A stretch of DNA of 64,000 bases. It comes from Cephaloticoccus sp. (GTDB lineage: Bacteria > Verrucomicrobiota > Verrucomicrobiia > Opitutales > Opitutaceae). This document shows, piece by piece, positions 7,162 through 17,967 of this stretch. The DNA is taken from positions 4,588 through 68,587 of the forward strand of contig JAXMOJ010000016.1 of assembly GCA_034669935.1 (NCBI GenBank). Direction: 5' to 3'. Numbering within the stretch: position 1 is the first letter of the stretch; each line of letters opens with the position of its first letter. The translations under genes and the position numbers were made by a program. The notes under the pieces are model-generated. The model ran no database searches. It was not told the origin of the DNA and saw only the letters and a program-made list of their open reading frames with translations.

Positions 7162-8931
7162 CTATGCGTGAGGCGTGAGGCGGATTTCGCTGAATTGCAT
7201 GCCGCCGTCGGAGTAGAAGGTGAGGTTGGCATCGACTACTTTCGGGCGAGTGATTTGGAGGCGAATTTTGTAAGTGCCGGCCTTCTCGAATTTGAGTGTG
7301 CCGAAGCGAGTGCCGAGTTGGGGATAGTAAGCACTGCGCAATCCGGGGAGCTCGATGTCGCGTTTGGTGATACGTTTCACTTGTTTGTCGCCGCAGGTGA
7401 GTTTCACGGTGTGGCCACCACTCCACGGTTCAAGGTGTTGGTGAGTCGTAACGACAGTGGTGTCGTAAGTGCCGGGAGTAAGGACGGTGAATTTCCATTC
7501 CAGCCAGTCCTCAGCATTGCACCAATTTTCGGTGAGCCCAGTCGCGCCCATGCGCATCTGTGGTTTGGATTTATCCGAGCCGACGCGAGCATGCGGACCG
7601 ATCAGGGTAAGCGAATCGTCGGGCTGTTGAAGTGGACCGGATAATACCCGAGGTTCATCTGCTAATTTTAGTGCGATTACGGTGACAGGTTTTGTGGTTT
7701 TGAACCCAGCGAAATCGATCGTGAGAATCGGAGTGGCGGTGGCTGGGTCTTCAATTTGGCGGAAGGCAAATTTCTTCTTCGAATCAGCGAGCGGTGAGAT
7801 GGATTTAATCTGATTTTTTAAACCGTGCAGGCGGAAGTAACGCGGAGGTTTGCGAAAGAAATGGCAATAGAGCGTGCGGCCTTTGGTCGTGATACGCCCC
7901 CACGAAAATTCGTTGATAAAGGGGCTGGGTGAACTGCCGTAAATAGTCTGGCCGTTAACCTTGAGCCATGCGCCGATTTTGCGCAGGCGTTGAGCACTGG
8001 GAGCGGGAATCACTCCATCGGCATCGGGCCCAACATTGAGCAAGTAATTCGAGTTCTTACTCGCGAGATCGACGAGGGTGGTGATCAGATTGTCGGCTGA
8101 TTTCCACGTGTGGTCGTGTTTCTTAAAGCCCCACGTGTGATTGAGTGTGGCGCAGGTCTCCCAATCGCCTTCGAGTCGGCCGGGAGGCAGGAAGTTGTCG
8201 CGCGGTAAATTGTAATCGCCGTGGCCGTGGCCGATGCGTCCGGAGACCAAACAGTCCGGTTGGTGTTTTTTGACGAAGCGTCGGATGCGTGCACTTTGCG
8301 CTTTGCTGAGCGACATTGGGGTGTCGAACCAGATCATGCCAACGGGTCCGTATTGGGTCAGCAGCTCGCGTAGCTGGGGAAAAACTTTCTCTTTGAGATA
8401 GCGTTCGGAGTTTTTCTTTTTCTCGTCGAAGTCCCAAGTGTTCCAAGCGCCATCGGGGTGGTGCCAATCGATGTCCTGAGAGTAATAGAAGCAGAGTTTG
8501 ATCCGTTGTTTTTTGCATTCACGGGCCAGTTCCTTCATCGGATCGCGAGCAAAGGGCGTGCGATCGACGATGTTGTAGGGGCTCACTTTTGAATGATACA
8601 TCGCGAAGCCGTCGTGGTGCTTGGTGGTGATGGTGAGGTAGCGCATCCCGGCGTCTTTCGCGAGCTTCACCCAAGCTGCGGCATCGAAGTGTTGAGGGTT
8701 GAATTTTTGGGCTAATTTTTCGTAAGTCGCGAAGGGGATTTTTTCCTGATACATGAGCCACTCGCCGATGTAGGGCACGCGCTTGCCTTTCCAAACACCG
8801 GCGGGAATCGCATAAAGCCCCCAATGGATGAACATCCCAAAGCGGGAGTCGCGCCACCATTTGAGCGGGTCTTTTTTCGCGGATGCTTTTCGGGGGTGGC
8901 GTTTGTGATCGGAGATGTCGGCGGAGTTCAT
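7162..8931 (-). CDS. Alpha-L-fucosidase, glycoside hydrolase family 29, with a C-terminal beta-rich (CBM-like) domain
   Basis: WWRDSRFGMFIHWGLYAIPAG...YLTITTKHHDGFAMY...IWFD is the GH29 N-terminal catalytic signature. Confidence 0.85.
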   Translation of the reverse strand: MNSADISDHKRHPRKASAKKDPLKWWRDSRFGMFIHWGLYAIPAGVWKGKRVPYIGEWLMYQEKIPFATYEKLAQKFNPQHFDAAAWVKLAKDAGMRYLTITTKHHDGFAMYHSKVSPYNIVDRTPFARDPMKELARECKKQRIKLCFYYSQDIDWHHPDGAWNTWDFDEKKKNSERYLKEKVFPQLRELLTQYGPVGMIWFDTPMSLSKAQSARIRRFVKKHQPDCLVSGRIGHGHGDYNLPRDNFLPPGRLEGDWETCATLNHTWGFKKHDHTWKSADNLITTLVDLASKNSNYLLNVGPDADGVIPAPSAQRLRKIGAWLKVNGQTIYGSSPSPFINEFSWGRITTKGRTLYCHFFRKPPRYFRLHGLKNQIKSISPLADSKKKFAFRQIEDPATATPILTIDFAGFKTTKPVTVIALKLADEPRVLSGPLQQPDDSLTLIGPHARVGSDKSKPQMRMGATGLTENWCNAEDWLEWKFTVLTPGTYDTTVVTTHQHLEPWSGGHTVKLTCGDKQVKRITKRDIELPGLRSAYYPQLGTRFGTLKFEKAGTYKIRLQITRPKVVDANLTFYSDGGMQFSEIRLTPHA

Positions 8932-9055
8932 TGAAAAGAAAACTTAGGAAAGAGATACTGCGGATGACGAACGAAAAGGAGGAGACGCGCTTGGTGTTGA
9001 ATAACCAAAGACTGACAAGGCGGAATCAGCGATTCCGTCCTACATCAGAAATATA

Positions 9056-11059
9056 TCAGGCTGCCGTCGGGATTGCACCCAGCGGAGGGAGGGGACAATC
9101 GAGGGTAACGGCGATAGCGCGGTAGAGTTCGCCTTCGGTGACAGTAATCTCTTGGTCGCTGCCGATGGTGTGGGCGGCGGCGATGAGCAGACGTTTACGG
9201 ATCGGTAACGAGGACACTGCGAGTTTTTCCAAAGCCTGGTCAAGTGCTTCGATATTGCTCTGTTCGGGATCGAGATAACTGAGTTTGTTATCGAGCAATC
9301 TAAGCTGATCCGCGCCGGTGGCGAAGGCGGTGCCGATGGCTTGGGTGTCATCACTGCCGGCACGAGCGAGGACAGAGAGCACGACAGAGATTTCGTCACT
9401 GACGGCGGTGAACGAATGGTAGTCCACGCGTTGGTTCGGATCTTGCGCGAGGTTGAGGTGACGGGTCAGCAGTTTCTGCAGCACAAACTCAAAGATGCTG
9501 ATTTTGGTATCGGCGTGAACGAGCTCGTCGAGTGTGCCGAGAAACTCATCCAGGGAGGAATGAGCCAATTGCTTTAACGCGGGGGTGCAGAGAAGGAGAA
9601 GGGGCAATCGCGCGGAGGGATCGAGCGACTGCATGGAGGGGAGCAATTTTTCAAATGAGACGAATGAAGTCGGCGCGGTGCGTTCCACAATGTCGCGTTG
9701 CGTGGGAGTGTCTTCGGCATCGACGCTGGCGAGCAGGGCAAAAACGAGGGCGGCCACCTCGATAGGATCGCGAGCCGCTTCGCGCAGTGATTCAGGAATC
9801 TCACCGAGGAGCTCCTGGGCTTGTTGATAGTAACCATCGGTCAACAAGCCGACATCGCCGATAATCGTGGCGGGCTCAAAGGGGATGCGTCGGGCGGGAT
9901 CGATGAGCGGAGGAGGGAGACCGGCGGCGGCGCGAGCTGTAGCGGATGCCTGAGGTGAAGAAAACCCTTTGGTTTGAAAGTTCTCCTTCTCGATATCGAC
10001 GACTTCATCGGGTTCGAAAAACTCACCTTCCCATCGTGGATTGATCGCGCGGATTCGTTGATCGAGGGGGGGGTGGGTGGCCCAAATCCCGCCAAACATT
10101 GATTTGAATCCCTGCGCGAAAAAGAAATGCCCGATGGCTCCGGCATTGTTGGATTGCATCCGAGAGCCGAGAGCATAGCCGCCGATTTTACTGAGTGCTC
10201 CGGTAATGCCGTCAGGATTGCGCGTAAACTGCACGGCGGAGGCATCGGCGAGAAATTCACGCTGGCGGGAGACTGCGGCCTGAATGAGACGGCCAAAAAA
10301 GTAACCGATGTAACCGATAATGATGAGGGCAATCCCGATGCCAGCAATGGCCATGACAATGCCGCCCGAATTGCGATCGCGACTGGAGGAACGCACGCGT
10401 GTGCCGTAAAGCGACCAAAGTAATCCGCGGCCAATCGTGCTGATGAAGAGGATGCCAAAAACTAGGGCGGTGAGACGAACATTGAGCCTCATATCGCCAT
10501 TGAGGATATGGCTGAACTCGTGACCGATCACGGCCTGAAGTTCATCGCGAGTTAGCTTTTCCAGCGTGCCTTTGGTGACGGCGATCACCGCGTCGCTGGT
10601 GGTGAGACCGGCAGCGAAGGCGTTGATGGAGGTTTCGCTTTCGAGGACGTAAATCGCGGGCATGGGTGTGCCGGAGGCGATGGACATTTCTTCAACGATG
10701 TTGACGAGGCGTTTTTCGAATTTGGTGCCTTTGATTGGATCAATAAGGCGCCCCCCGACACTTTCCGCGACCGCGGCACCGCCGTGCCGAAAGGAGAGCC
10801 ACTTGAAAAGTGAGGCGAGCCCGACGATCAAGAGCGTGCCGAGAGTGACGAAGATGAGGGTCTGCGGTTGCCAGAGCGATTCGGGGTAATACGCCGCGAG
10901 ATGGGAATCCGCGTATTGGGTGTCACGCGGTATCTGGCGCATGAAGAAGATCGTAGCAGCATAACCAGCCAGCACCGTCATGATGACGGCCAGGCTGAAA
11001 AGAACGACAAGCCAACTCGTGCGTTTCTTGGCGCGGGCCTGAGCTTCAAAGAAATCCAT
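9056..11059 (-). CDS. M48-family zinc metallopeptidase (HtpX-like) with a long C-terminal domain
   Basis: HEFSHILNGD (HExxH) and REFLADASAVQFT. N-terminal TM helices. The ATG at 11059 gives MDFFEAQ; the track start at 11068 is TTG. A C-terminal ~330 aa follows the peptidase. Confidence 0.8.
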   Translation of the reverse strand: MDFFEAQARAKKRTSWLVVLFSLAVIMTVLAGYAATIFFMRQIPRDTQYADSHLAAYYPESLWQPQTLIFVTLGTLLIVGLASLFKWLSFRHGGAAVAESVGGRLIDPIKGTKFEKRLVNIVEEMSIASGTPMPAIYVLESETSINAFAAGLTTSDAVIAVTKGTLEKLTRDELQAVIGHEFSHILNGDMRLNVRLTALVFGILFISTIGRGLLWSLYGTRVRSSSRDRNSGGIVMAIAGIGIALIIIGYIGYFFGRLIQAAVSRQREFLADASAVQFTRNPDGITGALSKIGGYALGSRMQSNNAGAIGHFFFAQGFKSMFGGIWATHPPLDQRIRAINPRWEGEFFEPDEVVDIEKENFQTKGFSSPQASATARAAAGLPPPLIDPARRIPFEPATIIGDVGLLTDGYYQQAQELLGEIPESLREAARDPIEVAALVFALLASVDAEDTPTQRDIVERTAPTSFVSFEKLLPSMQSLDPSARLPLLLLCTPALKQLAHSSLDEFLGTLDELVHADTKISIFEFVLQKLLTRHLNLAQDPNQRVDYHSFTAVSDEISVVLSVLARAGSDDTQAIGTAFATGADQLRLLDNKLSYLDPEQSNIEALDQALEKLAVSSLPIRKRLLIAAAHTIGSDQEITVTEGELYRAIAVTLDCPLPPLGAIPTAA

Positions 11060-11086
11060 GGGTGGCAATGCTCGTAAGTCAGGCAG

Positions 11087-11121
11087 CGTTAAGGGCGGTT
11101 AAGGATAACCACCCCTACCTG
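11087..11121 (-). repeat. Intergenic motif copy B (CGTTAAGGG-N7-GGATAACCACCCCTACCTG on the + strand)
   Basis: Same 19-nt core and same CGTTAAGGG box as copy A. Lies in the LemA/M48 spacer, 28 nt upstream (minus sense) of the M48 ATG. Confidence 0.75.
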
Positions 11122-11134
11122 CAGACAAAGCGAC

Positions 11135-11737
11135 TTAGCTGAACTTGACTTGAGGTGCGTTGCGTTCGGTGGGGTCTTCGATTTGGAAGAGCTCAGCACC
11201 TTGGAAACCGAACATTCCAGCGAAGATGACGGTGGGGAAGGTTTCGCGGCGGGTGTTGTAAACCATGACGCTGTCGTTGAAAGCTTGGCGCGAGAAGGCG
11301 ACCTTGTTCTCGGTCGAGGTGAGTTCCTCGGAGAGTTCGGACATGTTTTGATTGGCCTTCAGGTCAGGGTAGGCTTCGGAAACCATCATGAGTTTGGAAA
11401 GCGCACCGGAGAGGCCGGCTTCCGCGCCCATGAGCTTTTGCACGGCTTGGCCATTGGCGGGATTGGCGGCAGCGGCTTCCGCGGCGGCGGCGGCGATATT
11501 ACGGGCTTTGATTACGGCTTCGAGGGTTTCGCTCTCGTGCTTGAGGTAAGCTTTAGCGGTTTCGACGAGATTTGGAATGAGATCGTAGCGTCGCTTGAGC
11601 TGCACATCGATCTGGGCGAAGGCGTTTTTGAAACGGTTACGCAGGGTGACGAGGGAATTGTAGATGCCAACGACCCAAAGGACGATGATGATGGCAATTA
11701 CGAGTAGAACGATGAGGGTGATAAGGAGTGGACTCAT
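11135..11737 (-). CDS. lemA: LemA family protein
   Basis: N-terminal TM helix, then YNSLVTLRNRFKNAFAQIDVQLKRRYDLIPNLVETAK...YPDLKANQNM..L...ENKVAFSRQAFNDSV..YN, the canonical LemA pattern. Confidence 0.9.
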   Translation of the reverse strand: MSPLLITLIVLLVIAIIIVLWVVGIYNSLVTLRNRFKNAFAQIDVQLKRRYDLIPNLVETAKAYLKHESETLEAVIKARNIAAAAAEAAAANPANGQAVQKLMGAEAGLSGALSKLMMVSEAYPDLKANQNMSELSEELTSTENKVAFSRQAFNDSVMVYNTRRETFPTVIFAGMFGFQGAELFQIEDPTERNAPQVKFS

Positions 11738-11849
11738 GATGAAGGGGTTTGAATTTGAGGGAACGATAAGGAGTCGTTTGGGGTCTGGGCGAGACGGAAG
11801 TGATTATAACGCGATTGATTGTTTCCACACACCTGAGCAAGTTTTTGCC

Positions 11850-14450
11850 GTGCGCCTACGCCTGATCCCGATAATTCTTTTTAGTCTGTTTGCGACATTT
11901 GTCGTGGGGCAGGAAACTGTGGTGACGTCGACTCCGCTTGTGGATGCTGCTCAAACAGCGACGGAAACAGCGGGGCAACAACTTTTGACCCTGCAGGCCG
12001 CGCGACGTGCTCAGGGGATGGGTTTTTCATCGGCGGCGGTCGCGCTTTATCGGGAATTGATGGATCAATCCTTCGAGAGTCGTGGTGACATTCAGTTGGC
12101 GTTGGTGACGGCGCTTATGGATAGCGGAGAGATTGATGAGGCGGAGAAGGTTTTGGGGGAGTTTATCGGATTAAAAGGCGCAGCCTGGCATTTGCGGAAC
12201 GGATTGATCGCAGCTCAAAAGCGAGATTTCGAGCGAGCAAGGGATGAATTGACGGCAATCGTCTCCGACGATCTCGAGGAGGATGATCGCGGGTGGTTAT
12301 TGTTTTTGCGGGGTGTGCTGGCGGACGAATCGGGCGATTTGGAAGAGGCGCGGGAGTTGTTCTCAGCAGCGCAAGGGATCGCGAGATCTCCGATGGCCGC
12401 AGCACGTTTCGATTTGGCACGTGAACAGGCACGTTTGCGTCTGGGGGCGATTGACGAGAAGTCGATCGAGGAAGCGCGGAAGAACATGGAGCGTTTGGAA
12501 GGGCGCAAGACTAGCTACGGATTTGCCCGGATCTACGCGACTATGCTGGATGCGATGGGGAACAAGGATGACGCGGTGTCAGTGATACAGCGGCAACTGC
12601 TCAATCTGCCTGCCGAGGAATTGAGCGAACGCGATAGCTTTTACTTATTGCTGGGATTGATTGCAGGAGCGGAGAGCGAGTCCGGTCGAAGCGCATTGAC
12701 GAGCTTGTTACGCACGGGTCGGGATCGCGGTAAACAGCGGGTGGCTTTGCAACTGCTGGCGGGGGTGGCAGGTGATACGACAGCACGCGTCAGTTTCGCC
12801 CGAACACTTGATGCGGTGCTCAGGCAGAGCCCTCTGACGGGGATATTGGAGGATGTTTTATTGGTGCGGGCGCAGGTCGCACTGGCGAAGCACGATTATC
12901 GTCGGGCCGAGCAAGAGTCGTATCGTTTGCTGGAGCAGTTTCCAGGGTCGGTATTAAAAGCTAATACTTATGGGGTGCTGGCCGGTTCGGCTTGGGATCA
13001 ACGTCGCTTTCGGGCGGCGGCGGATTTTGCGACGAAAGCTCGGGCGGAATTGGGAGCGAGCGAGGATCATCAGACGCGAGCTGAACTGGGGGTTCTGATC
13101 GCCGAGGCGTGGTTTCGGGCGCGGGATTATCCGAATGCGGCGGAGGCCTATGCTTCTGTATTGAATGAGGTTCCCGCCGGAGTGGCTCCGGGGGATTTAA
13201 TGTTTCAACGGGTCTTGTCTGATATCCGGGCGGGCCGGCTGGATTTGGCGCTGGTTGAACTCGATCAGTTGTCGAGGGATGAGCGATTTGATGCCGTTAA
13301 TCGGTGGCAGGCGGAGTGGAATCTTGCACGCGCGTTGCAGACGAATGGGCGGATGAAAGATGCCTATGCCCGCGTGAGCGACTTGCTGGCGCAGCAGAAT
13401 CAGGGCCCTCGTGACCTGCCTTCTGAATTGCGCGCGCGAATGATTTGGCTGCAAGCGCGGCTCTCCTTACAGGCCGGTGAAGCCGAGCGCACTTTGCAGT
13501 TGGTGGACGCCTTGGACGACGAATTGCCGGAAATCTCGGAGGCTTTGAGCGGCCAGATTTCAAGTTCAGGTTCATTACTGAAGGCCGAGGCGTATTTTAA
13601 ATTGGATCGCATGGAGTCTGCGCTCGAGTTGTTGCAGGATCTGCGTTCGAAATTTCCGAATTCAGATGCCGCGATCTATTCGATTATTGTCGAGGCGACT
13701 TACTATGCGGATCAGGATCAGACGGTTGAGGCGCAGAGACTTTACACGAAACTGGCTGATGATCATCCGGAGAATGCAGACTACGCCCCTTTCGCGCTCT
13801 TTCAGGCTGCCTTGCAGGCAGAGCGGCGTGGCCAGGATTCAAATCTCGTGGAGGCGAATCGACTGATCGAAGACTTGGTGACGCGTTATCGGGCAAGCCC
13901 CTTGGTGTTTTATGCGCGACTCAAGCAAGGCGATTTGCTCCGGAAGCTAAATCAGTTTCCCCAGGCTCAGTTAGTCTATGAGAATTTGGTGAACAACTAC
14001 CCGAATCACGTAGACGTGGTTTTGGCGCAGCTCGCGTTGGCTGAATGCCACAATGCTCAATCGCTTGACGATACTAACCACGCGGAGCGCGCGATTACGC
14101 TTTTTGAGCATTTGCGTGATCGGGTGGATGCGCCGATTGATGTGCGCGTTGAAGCGGGTTTTAATCTCGGCTATCTGATGGCAAGGCAGGAGCGATGGAA
14201 TCGAGCGGAAGCCGTGTGGTGGCGAGATGTGGTCACGATGTTTTTACTCGATGAAAAAATGGCCAGTGCGCTCGGGCCGAAAGGGCGTTATTGGATGACC
14301 CGCACGCTCCTGGAATTAGGAGCACTCTATGAGCAGCAGGCAAAATTGGACGAAGCTCGCGATGCTTGGTTGTTGATTTTGAAAACTGGTTTGCCGGGTG
14401 CGAGTTTGGCGAATGATCGTCTGGCCCGTTTTGAGCCTGCTACGCCTTGA
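11850..14450 (+). CDS. Large secreted TPR-repeat protein
   Basis: The GTG at 11850 gives VRLRLIPIILFSLFATFVVGQ (signal-like). Long Ala/Leu-rich repeats have TPR periodicity (AxxxYxxL..P). The track ORF start at 11664 overlaps lemA. The start is uncertain; ATG 11736 is the alternative. Confidence 0.65.
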   Translation: MRLRLIPIILFSLFATFVVGQETVVTSTPLVDAAQTATETAGQQLLTLQAARRAQGMGFSSAAVALYRELMDQSFESRGDIQLALVTALMDSGEIDEAEKVLGEFIGLKGAAWHLRNGLIAAQKRDFERARDELTAIVSDDLEEDDRGWLLFLRGVLADESGDLEEARELFSAAQGIARSPMAAARFDLAREQARLRLGAIDEKSIEEARKNMERLEGRKTSYGFARIYATMLDAMGNKDDAVSVIQRQLLNLPAEELSERDSFYLLLGLIAGAESESGRSALTSLLRTGRDRGKQRVALQLLAGVAGDTTARVSFARTLDAVLRQSPLTGILEDVLLVRAQVALAKHDYRRAEQESYRLLEQFPGSVLKANTYGVLAGSAWDQRRFRAAADFATKARAELGASEDHQTRAELGVLIAEAWFRARDYPNAAEAYASVLNEVPAGVAPGDLMFQRVLSDIRAGRLDLALVELDQLSRDERFDAVNRWQAEWNLARALQTNGRMKDAYARVSDLLAQQNQGPRDLPSELRARMIWLQARLSLQAGEAERTLQLVDALDDELPEISEALSGQISSSGSLLKAEAYFKLDRMESALELLQDLRSKFPNSDAAIYSIIVEATYYADQDQTVEAQRLYTKLADDHPENADYAPFALFQAALQAERRGQDSNLVEANRLIEDLVTRYRASPLVFYARLKQGDLLRKLNQFPQAQLVYENLVNNYPNHVDVVLAQLALAECHNAQSLDDTNHAERAITLFEHLRDRVDAPIDVRVEAGFNLGYLMARQERWNRAEAVWWRDVVTMFLLDEKMASALGPKGRYWMTRTLLELGALYEQQAKLDEARDAWLLILKTGLPGASLANDRLARFEPATP

Positions 14451-14520
14451 TCCTGCACACTTGATCAACTTGATGATTTACCTCTCGACCCACTGAGCGT
14501 CACACTTTTTGCCCCCGCCT

Positions 14521-15168
14521 ATGTCTCTATTTGATTTTAGTCTATTTACCAAGGGAGGTCCGATTATGTGGGTGCTCCTCGTGATCGGATTTATCTGCCT
14601 GATGTTGGTGATCGAGCGCATGCTGTTTTTGCACCGCGGGCAGATCAAATCCACGGAGTTCCTCAGCGGTATTAAAAATATCCTCGCGAAACGGCGCATC
14701 GTCGAGGCGTTGACGGTCTGCGAAGAAACTCCCGGCCCGGTGGCAGCGGTAGTGAGGGCGGCTCTTCTCCATGCCGATGATGATGCAGATAAAATGCGAT
14801 TTTATGTTCAGGAAGCAGCGGTCATCGAAGTGCCAGCGCTCGAAAGGCGAATGGGATCCATCGCGGCGATTGCGCAAGTCGCCCCCCTACTTGGTTTACT
14901 CGGAACGGTGTTAGGGATGGTGACGACGTTTCTGGCGTTTGAAAAAGACTATGCCACGGCGAGTGCATTATCGACGGGGATGTGGCAGGCGCTGCTTTGT
15001 GCGGCCGGTGGGCTGATGTTGGCGATTCCGGCACATCTTGCGCATCACTTTCTATCCGGCCGGGTCCGGGCGATCGTGCGCGATGTCGAATGGTCGGGTA
15101 ACGAGATCATGAAGTATCTTCTCACGGAATACCGTGCGGGTAAGTCTGCCTCCGGGGCTGAGGTCTGA
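14521..15168 (+). CDS. MotA/TolQ/ExbB proton-channel protein
   Basis: GGPIMWVLLV...; AQVAPLLGLLGTVLGMV..F; three TM helices. ATG at 14521; the track start at 14509 is TTG. Confidence 0.85.
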   Translation: MSLFDFSLFTKGGPIMWVLLVIGFICLMLVIERMLFLHRGQIKSTEFLSGIKNILAKRRIVEALTVCEETPGPVAAVVRAALLHADDDADKMRFYVQEAAVIEVPALERRMGSIAAIAQVAPLLGLLGTVLGMVTTFLAFEKDYATASALSTGMWQALLCAAGGLMLAIPAHLAHHFLSGRVRAIVRDVEWSGNEIMKYLLTEYRAGKSASGAEV

Positions 15169-15170
15169 TC

Positions 15171-15617
15171 ATGCTGACGAAACCTTTGGATCTCGCATCG
15201 AAATTACGTCCGCAACCGCGGGGGTATGATTCGCTGTTTTGGGTGAATGTTGGCGCATTGGTTTTGTTCTTCACCTTGTTTGGCTCCCGTTTCGTGCTTT
15301 CACCGGGTTTAGGAGTTGATTTCAGCATACCGGAAATGTCGGGTGCGGTGAGTGGAGCGGCGAGGACCACTCATGTGATCAGTGTGGCGCGTCCGGGCCT
15401 GATCTTTACTGATGATGGCGCTCTTAATTGGCCACAGTTGCGCGGGTGGCTGGTGGAGCAGGGGGCCACCGTGGAGGAACCTTCTTTATTGGTGCGCGCG
15501 AATGCGGCGATTCCGGTCAACGAGCTCACGGATATTATAAGCGCGGCCCAACAAGCGGGCTTTCAGGTGCAGGTTGCGGCTCTAGATCCTGCGAAAGCCG
15601 ACGATTCTACGTTATGA
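15171..15617 (+). CDS. ExbD/TolR biopolymer transport protein
   Basis: Single N-terminal TM helix (VNVGALVLFFTLF), then a periplasmic domain of ExbD size. Sits 2 nt after the exbB-like gene. Confidence 0.75.
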   Translation: MLTKPLDLASKLRPQPRGYDSLFWVNVGALVLFFTLFGSRFVLSPGLGVDFSIPEMSGAVSGAARTTHVISVARPGLIFTDDGALNWPQLRGWLVEQGATVEEPSLLVRANAAIPVNELTDIISAAQQAGFQVQVAALDPAKADDSTL

Positions 15618-16363
15618 AACCAGAGAATGGCGCCCAGAGCAGGATTTGGTGGAGCGTTAGTCTCGCCTCGGCGGTGGTCTTTGGGGGTATTGTGCTCTTA
15701 CTGAGCTACCGTGGGCCACGGGGCATAGATGCTGATGAATCTAAACGATCCTTGGAGGCAACGAAGATAGGGCTGACGCGACTTGCGAAGGAGGAAGCGG
15801 GCAGGGTGGTCGCTGAGGAGGCGCAATTTTTTGATCCCACGCCGCTTTTCTTGCCAACAGAATGGAATAGCGATCAAAAACCATTGCCCCCCAGTGTTTT
15901 AAATGATCCTGGGGAGATGTTCGCTCGCTTCCCCTCCAAGTTGCAATATGAGGAGGAGGGGGTGGCCTTGAAATTTAAGGATCCTATACAAACACCTGAT
16001 AAAGCGTCAGATACGACAAGTGTGATTGAAGATGAGGTCGCTTTTCGAGGCATGGGGCGTAGAGATGTTGAGGTTGCGGGTTTGGCTGCGCGGGGTGGAT
16101 TTCTCGTGGTGAGGAGTGCGGATGAGAGCAAACGAGCCATTGTGTCTCAGATGCTGGTTGATGCACGTCCTCCGGTGGATAACTGGAAACCGATGGAATT
16201 CATGGCCGTGGTGAATCCCGCTGGTCTGGTGGGCTCGCTTTCTCTTATCGAGCGTTCAGGATACGAATCGGTTGATTTATATTTTCGGAATTACCTCGTG
16301 CAGACCTTTAGTTTGGGAGAATATCTGCCTCCTGGGTTTTATCGTATCTCGGTGGGGCCCTAG
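15614..16363 (+). CDS. Membrane-anchored protein in the TonB/TolA position (divergent; function unproven)
   Basis: The ATG at 15614 overlaps the exbD stop (ATGA). N-terminal TM helix IWWSVSLASAVVFGGIVLLL. The C-terminal ~90 aa (GFLVVRS...SLIERSGYESVDLYFRNYL...GFYRISVGP) vaguely resembles a TonB C-terminal fold. The track ORF start at 15428 overlaps exbD in another frame. Confidence 0.55.
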   Translation: MKPENGAQSRIWWSVSLASAVVFGGIVLLLSYRGPRGIDADESKRSLEATKIGLTRLAKEEAGRVVAEEAQFFDPTPLFLPTEWNSDQKPLPPSVLNDPGEMFARFPSKLQYEEEGVALKFKDPIQTPDKASDTTSVIEDEVAFRGMGRRDVEVAGLAARGGFLVVRSADESKRAIVSQMLVDARPPVDNWKPMEFMAVVNPAGLVGSLSLIERSGYESVDLYFRNYLVQTFSLGEYLPPGFYRISVGP

Positions 16364-16456
16364 GTTTTTTTAACGAAAAAACAATTTGCAGTTGACGGAG
16401 CAATTTTGGGGCTGCACGTTCTCCGCTCTTTTCGTTTCTTGACCCTTCCTAGGTCT

Positions 16457-16532
16457 GCCCAGATAGCTCAGTTGGCAGAGCACATCCTTGGTAAGGATGA
16501 GGTCGCCGGTTCAACTCCGGTTCTGGGCTCCA
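16457..16532 (+). tRNA. tRNA-Thr (anticodon GGU), CCA encoded
   Basis: Manual fold: acceptor GCCCAGA/TCTGGGC, D arm GCTC/GAGC, anticodon arm CATCC-TTGGTAA-GGATG, T arm GCCGG-TTCAACT-CCGGT, discriminator T, CCA. Confidence 0.9.
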
Positions 16533-16600
16533 GGTCAACGTCGCCATCTTCTGCGACGTAAAAATTTGAAGTAAACAATCAGTCTAAACAAAACATCCAC

Positions 16601-17791
<1,191 letters not shown>

Positions 17792-17820
17792 GATCTTGTT
17801 TTAAAACACTTAAAACACTT

Positions 17821-17851
17821 CGCCGAGGCCCCTGTTTATGGGACCTCGGCG
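17821..17851 (+). other. Stem-loop after tuf (possible weak terminator or processing/stability hairpin)
   Basis: CGCCGAGGcCCC-tgtttat-GGGaCCTCGGCG: 8 bp, one C.A mismatch, then 3 bp. No adjacent U-tract. Preceded by the tandem 9-mer TAAAACACT x2 (17802-17819). Confidence 0.5.
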
Positions 17852-17875
17852 ACGTCGTCTAAAAATTTATAGTAT

Positions 17876-17951
17876 AGGGGTGTAGCTCAATTGGTAGAGT
17901 AGCGGTCTCCAAAACCGTTGGTTGCGGGTTCGACTCCCTCCGCCCCTGCCA
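17876..17951 (+). tRNA. tRNA-Trp (anticodon CCA), CCA encoded
   Basis: Manual fold: acceptor AGGGGTG/CGCCCCT, D arm GCTC/GAGT, anticodon arm GCGGT-CTCCAAA-ACCGT, T arm GCGGG-TTCGACT-CCCTC, discriminator G, CCA. Confidence 0.9.
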
Positions 17952-17967
17952 CTCAAAAATAGCATTC

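Noticed and set aside
16364-16456. Possible promoter for tRNA-Thr/tuf (TTGACG at about 16391, TTGACC at about 16438)
   Set aside because: -35-like hexamers are present, but I could not find a convincing -10 hexamer at 16-19 nt spacing. Promoter consensus for this lineage is uncertain, so it is not reported as a feature.
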